A stretch of 64,000 nt of DNA from a virus, in IMG/VR virus record IMGVR_UViG_3300021963_000040, positions 70,799 through 134,798 of that record. One strand, 5' to 3'. The notes under the pieces are model-generated. The model had not been told where the DNA came from and searched no databases. It saw only the letters and a program-made list of their open reading frames with translations. The stretch's first letter is position 1, and the number at the start of each line of letters is the position of its first letter. Made by a program: the position numbers and the translations under genes. Positions 58,576 through 64,000 of this stretch are shown here, piece after piece.

Positions 58576-59417
58576 TGAAAGCACTTATAGCGTTGCTACT
58601 AGCCCTAGCAACGGCTTGCTCATTTGCCAAGCCGAATAAACAACAAGCACCATTGGCTCAAAGTTGGATGATATGGGACGTTAATAACAATCGTTCTATA
58701 TCATCTGACAATACTGATCAAGTTAGAAGCATTGCTAGCATTACTAAGTTAATGACGGCAATGGTTACTATAGATAACGGTCGCCTAGATGAAATGGTTC
58801 AGATTATTAGATATAAAGGTTACAGTACTCATATTCCTTCGTCTGTGAATATGATGTCTAGACTAGAGCTAGTTAACCTTTCTATGATTACCAGCGACAA
58901 CTTAGCCGCACATCTTTTAGCAATGTCACATAAAGATGGATTTGATGCTTTTGTTGCACAAATGAATAAGAAAGCAGAATCACTGGGCATGACAAATACC
59001 AAGTATGTTGAAGCAACAGGACTACTGCCTGGTAACGTAAGTACAGTATTAGATCTTAACAAACAGGTTAAGGCCGCAATGGACTATAATATAATCACAG
59101 AAGCAAGTAAAACCGGGGCCAGCGAGATTAGAGCTAAGAAAAAAATTTTGTTTTTTAGAAATACTAATCCTTTAGTAGGTAGTCCTAGAAAAATATTAGT
59201 AAGTAAAACAGGTTGGATTAATGCCAGCGGAGGATGTTTAGTTATGGCTGTAGAGACATCGCATGGTCTGCGTACAGTTATTATTCTTGGAAGTAAAAGC
59301 ACAAGGACTAGGATTGCAGATGCATTGTTTATTATGGATAAACTTGATGCTACTACCCCTAGTCCTAGTTTTGTTGATAGAATTCTAGTGCCTATAGATT
59401 CTATAATCTACGATTAA
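58575..59417 (+). CDS. Peptidase S11 D-Ala-D-Ala carboxy/endopeptidase (PBP7-like)
   Basis: SIASITKLM (SxxK), SDN, KTG. Confidence 0.9.
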   Translation: MKALIALLLALATACSFAKPNKQQAPLAQSWMIWDVNNNRSISSDNTDQVRSIASITKLMTAMVTIDNGRLDEMVQIIRYKGYSTHIPSSVNMMSRLELVNLSMITSDNLAAHLLAMSHKDGFDAFVAQMNKKAESLGMTNTKYVEATGLLPGNVSTVLDLNKQVKAAMDYNIITEASKTGASEIRAKKKILFFRNTNPLVGSPRKILVSKTGWINASGGCLVMAVETSHGLRTVIILGSKSTRTRIADALFIMDKLDATTPSPSFVDRILVPIDSIIYD

Positions 59418-60229
59418 TCAGCTTTGCCGCACTTAGCACGTTTAGCATTTGTCAACGCACCGTAGTCAACTGGCCATTCTTGTCCTGGTGCCAGTTCTCT
59501 AGCATTAGCAGGGAAAGCAAATCTAACACCTGCATACTCTTGAATTTGTGCTACCGGAGCACGGAACTTTGTTAAATCGTTACCTAAATTAACATATGGC
59601 TTGGTATGCGGGAATTGCCATCCGGCAACTGCACCGGTTTGTTGATCAATAACAATTTTATAATAACCATGTGGAACTACAACTCCACTGCCTATCTTTT
59701 CATTTCCAGCGCCATAGAATGCCCCCACGTAGATCGTAAACGGACGATTCTGCTGTACCGCCCACCCACGCACTGATGTTTCTAGCAATTTCCATATTCC
59801 ACGGTTTAAACTTCCGTGCTGTGGATACATATTTGTCATTAAGAAACTCTCATACTCCACGATGGCTGACCATGAAAGATCGCCATCGGGAGCGGCATGT
59901 CCTTTGTCGTAACCTGTGCCAGCGTAATCACTTGGTGTCGGTCCTCCCGGTACTGACTGATCCGCAACGAATGCGTTCGTACGTGGAAAGCATCCTAAAG
60001 CATTTTGTGGTAATAGTGTGTATGCAACATAAACAGGAATTTTAGCAGGAGCATCATATGCTACTAGATATGCCTCTCTGCAAATAGGTTGTGCTGTACG
60101 AGCTGTTTGGGCGAATCCGTACGGGCTATGCACAGCACATGATTGTACAGGTAACGGAGCTCTTTGTTCCCATGCAAAGGCTGTTATACTAACAACTGCC
60201 AGTAATGCAGTTAATAAATGTTTTTTCAT
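59414..60229 (-). CDS. DNA/RNA non-specific endonuclease (secreted)
   Basis: YDKGHAAP, TNMYPQ...NRGIW..LE. Confidence 0.92.
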   Translation of the reverse strand: MKKHLLTALLAVVSITAFAWEQRAPLPVQSCAVHSPYGFAQTARTAQPICREAYLVAYDAPAKIPVYVAYTLLPQNALGCFPRTNAFVADQSVPGGPTPSDYAGTGYDKGHAAPDGDLSWSAIVEYESFLMTNMYPQHGSLNRGIWKLLETSVRGWAVQQNRPFTIYVGAFYGAGNEKIGSGVVVPHGYYKIVIDQQTGAVAGWQFPHTKPYVNLGNDLTKFRAPVAQIQEYAGVRFAFPANARELAPGQEWPVDYGALTNAKRAKCGKAD

Positions 60230-60338
60230 ACTACTCCTTAATTTAAAATAAGCATTAATATCAGAGCTATACTGATACCAACTATCAACTGACGGAGAGA
60301 TGATTTAAAACAAACCTTTTTTCTATCGCATAAAATTA

Positions 60339-60653
60339 TCAAGATGACCCACCACTTGCTTCTTTATCGTCTTCTGACAAACTTTTTTTATTAGATATTT
60401 GTCTCTCTGCCTCTATCTCTTTGCCTCTAAGCATTAAAACTATATTTACTTTTTGATTCAAACGAATTAAGTCGTTATCTAACATTCTAATGCGATCAAT
60501 TAGGGCAATGAGCGTAGTGTTAGCGTTACCCATAACAGGTTTGATTTCCTTAGTTACCCAAGTCCATACATAGTACACAAAGTACCCCATACCCCCGGCC
60601 GCCACAATAGGAAAGCCATACTTGTTAACTAGATCTACTATCTCATTACCCAT
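60339..60653 (-). CDS. Small membrane/coiled-coil protein (paralog of 61804-62082)
   Basis: GFPIVAAGGMGYFV. Confidence 0.75.
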   Translation of the reverse strand: MGNEIVDLVNKYGFPIVAAGGMGYFVYYVWTWVTKEIKPVMGNANTTLIALIDRIRMLDNDLIRLNQKVNIVLMLRGKEIEAERQISNKKSLSEDDKEASGGSS

Positions 60654-60712
60654 ATTATATCCTTACTTCTTAGGGTGTTTGCCACCGCATACAGGGCAAC
60701 CCTCGTCGTTAT

Positions 60713-61279
60713 TTAAAACCATAATAATACTCCTTGAGCACTTAATGCCAACCCTACACCTGCTACAACAAAACTGCCCCAGAACATTGGCATACTAACT
60801 GCTAGAATACTTGCAGATAGAACAACAATGGCTAACTGATATGCTGTTGATGCGTATCCAATCCATGGACTAGATTTCTTTGCTAGCTCACGATCTGCTT
60901 CCATCTTGCGAGCATTGACGGCAATTTCTTTTTTGTCGGCATCCATGCGCTCTGCTTCTGCCTTAAACTCTGCCTTAAGTTTAGGATCGCTGGTTGTTTT
61001 ACTAGCAATTTCATAACTAACTAAACGATTATTCTTTGCTTGATATTGTGCCCATGCGTTATTGGCGCCTAATGTATTATTAAGAACTGTAGAACTTAAC
61101 TTGCCACCGTACCAGCTATTAACTGCCAAGAATAATGCAAATACGGAAATGACCATACCTGCTTTGTCTTTGATCTTTGCTTCACGCTCGCTACGTGAGC
61201 CTACCGGTGCTTTTGGTGCGTCCGGATCCTTTGGTTGTTTGTTGATTAAATTTAGTATTGATTCTACTAGACTTGCCAT
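60713..61279 (-). CDS. DUF4337-like membrane protein
   Basis: WAQYQAK; QLAIVVLSASIL. Confidence 0.7.
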   Translation of the reverse strand: MASLVESILNLINKQPKDPDAPKAPVGSRSEREAKIKDKAGMVISVFALFLAVNSWYGGKLSSTVLNNTLGANNAWAQYQAKNNRLVSYEIASKTTSDPKLKAEFKAEAERMDADKKEIAVNARKMEADRELAKKSSPWIGYASTAYQLAIVVLSASILAVSMPMFWGSFVVAGVGLALSAQGVLLWF

Positions 61280-61289
61280 ATATTTTTCC

Positions 61290-61451
61290 TTATAAACATA
61301 GACCTACTAAAAACCCAAAGAACAAACCCCAAGCAAATGCTTTTGCCATATCATTGTCGTGCCATAGCGGTTGATTCTTGAGATACTCTTTAGTATGGTC
61401 TGGTAAACTATTGTACCACTTATCCCACTTACTTGGTTCAAACAGCTTCAT
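61290..61451 (-). CDS. 53 aa membrane protein (not in ORF track)
   Basis: MKLFEPSKWDKWYNSLP...AFAWGLFFGFLVGLCL. Confidence 0.55.
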   Translation of the reverse strand: MKLFEPSKWDKWYNSLPDHTKEYLKNQPLWHDNDMAKAFAWGLFFGFLVGLCL

Positions 61452-61632
61452 TGCCATATCCCCTTACAAATTTTTCTATGGGTTCTACTTTTTGTAGACC
61501 ATATGTATTACCCATCTTTACTATCTTAAACAAGTCGCCTTCTTGCCATTGCAAGTTTTTTTCTATGTTTAATTCTTCGTCAAATTTAATTCCGTTTGGG
61601 CTTAAATCCCAGTGGTAGTCTAAATATAGCAT
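61438..61632 (-). CDS. Hypothetical protein
   Basis: 64 aa coupled ORF. Confidence 0.65.
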   Translation of the reverse strand: MLYLDYHWDLSPNGIKFDEELNIEKNLQWQEGDLFKIVKMGNTYGLQKVEPIEKFVRGYGNEAV

Positions 61633-61639
61633 AATGTTC

Positions 61640-61804
61640 TTAACCGTGTAATATATAAACGATAGTTACTATTGTACCTAATATCATCGCAACTACAAGG
61701 ACTGATTTCCAGTCCATATCATCTAATTTCATTTTGAACCAGGGACTCGAAACTTCAACTGATCTTTCAAGTAATTGTTCTTGTTGTGTGTTAGGATCCA
61801 TCAT
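61640..61804 (-). CDS. 54 aa membrane protein (not in ORF track)
   Basis: TGATG coupling; C-terminal TM. Confidence 0.5.
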   Translation of the reverse strand: MMDPNTQQEQLLERSVEVSSPWFKMKLDDMDWKSVLVVAMILGTIVTIVYILHG

Positions 61805-62082
61805 CAGTCTCTCCTTGCGTCTGATTGCTCGGAACGAGCAATTCTATCAATATCGGGTTTAACTCCTAAAGCATTTGATACCAATGTGTCGATGCGAATT
61901 ACATCGTGATTCATTGTTGCTACACGTTTATCTAATGCTTGAATGATGCCGCTCATTCCGTTTACGCCCGATGTTACACCGGCTAGAATGAATTTTAGTG
62001 TTAAGAATACAAAGTACCCTGCGGCCATAGCGGCCGCAATTGGAAACCCAAGCTCCGCTACTAATTTAAAGAATTCCCCCAT
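61804..62082 (-). CDS. Small membrane/coiled-coil protein (paralog of 60339-60653)
   Basis: GFPIAAAMAAGYFV. Confidence 0.75.
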   Translation of the reverse strand: MGEFFKLVAELGFPIAAAMAAGYFVFLTLKFILAGVTSGVNGMSGIIQALDKRVATMNHDVIRIDTLVSNALGVKPDIDRIARSEQSDARRD

Positions 62083-62142
62083 ATTGCGCTCCCTCTGTTA
62101 TAGTTGTTTTTTATATTTAGTGCATTTTGGACAAAAAAATCG

Positions 62143-62245
62143 TTGACGACATAAATAAACTTAGCTACAATACAGAAAGTGATTGTAGCCGTAATTGTTG
62201 TAAATATACAACACGGTTGACAAGAAATTATTTTTGTCGTACAAT
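62143..62245 (+). promoter_or_regulatory. Tandem sigma70 promoters
   Basis: TTGACG...TACAAT and TTGACA...TACAAT. Confidence 0.7.
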
Positions 62246-62252
62246 AGAGACT

Positions 62253-62414
62253 ATGAAAACTTCAACTTCATTATCGTTAAGATCAGTCAAGCATATAGCC
62301 CGTAATGGCGGCTTTATGCCCACCTATTGGTCTGCGAAAAATGGAACAAGTAATCTGTCTATTGATCGCACACCAGAGCAGATCGTAGGGTCTTCGGAGA
62401 CCGTGTATAGTTAA
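62253..62414 (+). CDS. Putative leader peptide (53 aa)
   Basis: ATG just after the promoter; ends before the attenuator-like terminator. Confidence 0.45.
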   Translation: MKTSTSLSLRSVKHIARNGGFMPTYWSAKNGTSNLSIDRTPEQIVGSSETVYS

Positions 62415-62468
62415 CAACAACTAAACCAAATTCTAAAGACCCTAGGACTAAAAACCCTAGGGTTTTTT
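62386..62468 (+). terminator. Attenuator: terminator with alternative antiterminator
   Basis: GACCCTAGG/CCTAGGGTT + T-run; upstream TAGGGTCTT pairs perfectly with AAGACCCTA. Confidence 0.6.
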
Positions 62469-62486
62469 GCTTTGTAAGTGGTCAAA

Positions 62487-62711
62487 AGTGTGTATAGGCA
62501 ACGCGAGCCTGTCCTGCACTTAAAACATGGGACTATTAATGAGGGCGGCCTACCGGATGATAAGTTCCTGGCGATAACAGGAATGCGTAAAATGGTAGCG
62601 TATTAAAGTACATTCACTGGTACCATCGGGGGACCAGTCCTGTTAAACCGTGCTAGCCGCTGGGATATTGACAACGAGTGTACTTCAATACACACTTTCG
62701 AAAGAGAGTGT
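62487..62711 (+). ncRNA. Unknown structured RNA region including a stem-bracketed element at 62600-62691
   Basis: Several hairpins; 16-bp closing stem; GAAA-loop hairpin after it. Confidence 0.5.
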
Positions 62712-62721
62712 AAATATCAAG

Positions 62722-63633
62722 ATGTACTACGATGCCAGTTCTTTTCGTTTCACTAAACGAATAAATTCTAATCTAGAAATAAACTTGTTCAAATGGTATG
62801 AACTAGGTGTGCTGGGTCTAGGCCCACAATCTGCTCCTTACTTAAACTTTGACCGTTACTTTACAGAAGCTCCTTGGAGCCAAATGGATCTAGAGCTAAA
62901 GAATATATTTGACAGTAGACGGGGCAAAGTTAACATGATGCCGGGACATGCCTGCATGATACCTGAACACGTTAACAACAAGAAATGGCTGAATCATTAC
63001 ATCTATCATGCAGAAAAGTATCTCCCTGAACAACTGTTAGCTACAGTCACAGACAAGGGAGTACTACATGATTGGATCTATAAAAATAGTCTTGCAGTTC
63101 CGGACTGGTCTGACAGATTACTAATTAGTATGAATGCAACAAATCCTACTGACTGGTATCTTAAGCATGTCAATGGCAAGATTCACGAACTATTCGCAGA
63201 ACAGGCTCCTGTGTTTGCTAATTGGTTACGCACTAGCGTACAGCATGTCTTTAAAGACATTGGTCGTGTTATAGTGTTTCAGAATGTCAAGGACAATCCT
63301 GTAGGCATTCATAGAGATCATCACGTATTGTCTAAGGGACTAAGACTGCATAGTGTAAACTTTCAGTTTGGTCCTATTAACAGACCCTTCTTTGTCTATG
63401 ACGAAGTAACAAAAGAAAGACATTACGTATCTAACATGAGAGCCTACAGTTTTAACGACTTAGACCTTCATGGTGTAGACGCAGAAGACCAGTATCTGTA
63501 TACAGTACGCATAGACGGCGTGTTTACAGATCAGGTCTGCGATGATCTAGGACTAGCAGGCGGCTACACATGGGGGCCGCTGAGCCCTAGCTACAAGAAG
63601 CTAGACACTATAAAGATCTATAATCCCGAGTAA
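62722..63633 (+). CDS. Putative Fe(II)/2OG-type dioxygenase (DSBH)
   Basis: IHRD...FNDLDLHGV...VRIDG; TAAATA just upstream of ATG 62722. Confidence 0.55.
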   Translation: MYYDASSFRFTKRINSNLEINLFKWYELGVLGLGPQSAPYLNFDRYFTEAPWSQMDLELKNIFDSRRGKVNMMPGHACMIPEHVNNKKWLNHYIYHAEKYLPEQLLATVTDKGVLHDWIYKNSLAVPDWSDRLLISMNATNPTDWYLKHVNGKIHELFAEQAPVFANWLRTSVQHVFKDIGRVIVFQNVKDNPVGIHRDHHVLSKGLRLHSVNFQFGPINRPFFVYDEVTKERHYVSNMRAYSFNDLDLHGVDAEDQYLYTVRIDGVFTDQVCDDLGLAGGYTWGPLSPSYKKLDTIKIYNPE

Positions 63634-63658
63634 TTTACTCAACTATTAAAAATGGTAG

Positions 63659-63730
63659 TTGACAAGAAAATTGAGTTAAGCTACAATAGAGGCATACGTT
63701 AACAAAACAAGTTAACATTGTTCTTTAAAA
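63659..63730 (+). promoter_or_regulatory. sigma70 promoter plus boxB-like hairpin and boxA antitermination motif
   Basis: TTGACA-17-TACAAT; GTTAAC-7-GTTAAC; TGTTCTTTAAAA. Confidence 0.6.
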
Positions 63731-63760
63731 AGTTGTAGCTTTTGTAGCACTAAAGTGCTA

Positions 63761-63987
63761 CTATATTAAAGCATTCTACAGGGTTACCTAATCCGTTAGG
63801 GGACTGGTTGGGATAACGGGGCGGCGGCCTCCGGTCCGGCAACCACTCATGAAGCGTATGAACGATAGCGTAAAGCTATGCAGTTGAACGTGACGGGTAG
63901 TTAGGCTGTAATGACAGCATACAACGTAGGCTCGCTACCTACGAAAAGGACGTATGCACGTTCCCTTAGCAGAATGTTTTAATATAG
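63761..63987 (+). ncRNA. Unknown structured RNA closed by a 17-bp stem
   Basis: CTATATTAAAGCATTCT / AGAATGTTTTAATATAG; GC-rich interior with many hairpins; no ORF. Confidence 0.6.
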
Positions 63988-64000
63988 TTTGGATCCTGTT

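Noticed and set aside
50259-59417. Host chromosomal contamination or chimeric join
   Set aside because: Same AT-rich codon style and the same TAAATA motifs as flanking phage genes; no junction visible, though read mapping would be the real test
62550-62598. Hammerhead ribozyme
   Set aside because: Has GGATGA rather than the CUGANGA core and no properly placed GAAA
1-64000. Genome-wide TAG reassignment (code 15 type)
   Set aside because: Coding density is high under code 11, long genes have no internal TAG, and TAG ends recognisable genes such as pstS at the expected position
1-64000. CRISPR array or cas operon
   Set aside because: No regularly spaced repeat-spacer array seen; the 3413-4090 nuclease is a stand-alone phage exonuclease

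Overview
Gene-dense, AT-rich 64 kb segment of a large (jumbo-type) tailed dsDNA phage. Evidence: intergenic T4-like TAAATA late-promoter motifs, consensus sigma70 early promoters, nrdA/nrdB/grx, tail-like structural genes, tRNAs and many host-derived auxiliary genes. The host is probably a proteobacterium, most likely a betaproteobacterium (inferred from the tmRNA tag ANDEQFALAA and from ahpC/ahpD/pstS). Highlights read directly from the sequence: (1) a circularly permuted two-piece tmRNA whose intervening segment carries a complete 59-codon ORF with an SD; (2) an amber-suppressor tRNA (CUA), plus a gene with an in-frame TAG at codon 3; (3) a yybP-ykoY Mn riboswitch in front of a TerC gene and a Pho box in front of pstS; (4) a translation/proteolysis set (ClpP-like, ClpX, IF3, bS21, Hsp20, ClpS); (5) a late-promoter curli module (CsgF, CsgG, two curlin-repeat proteins) linked to FecR, an autotransporter and a CHASE2 nucleotide cyclase; (6) at the right end, a leader-peptide attenuator, an rrn-like boxB/boxA, and two unknown structured RNAs bracketed by related long closing stems. 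All calls come from motif recognition by eye; no database searches were run.
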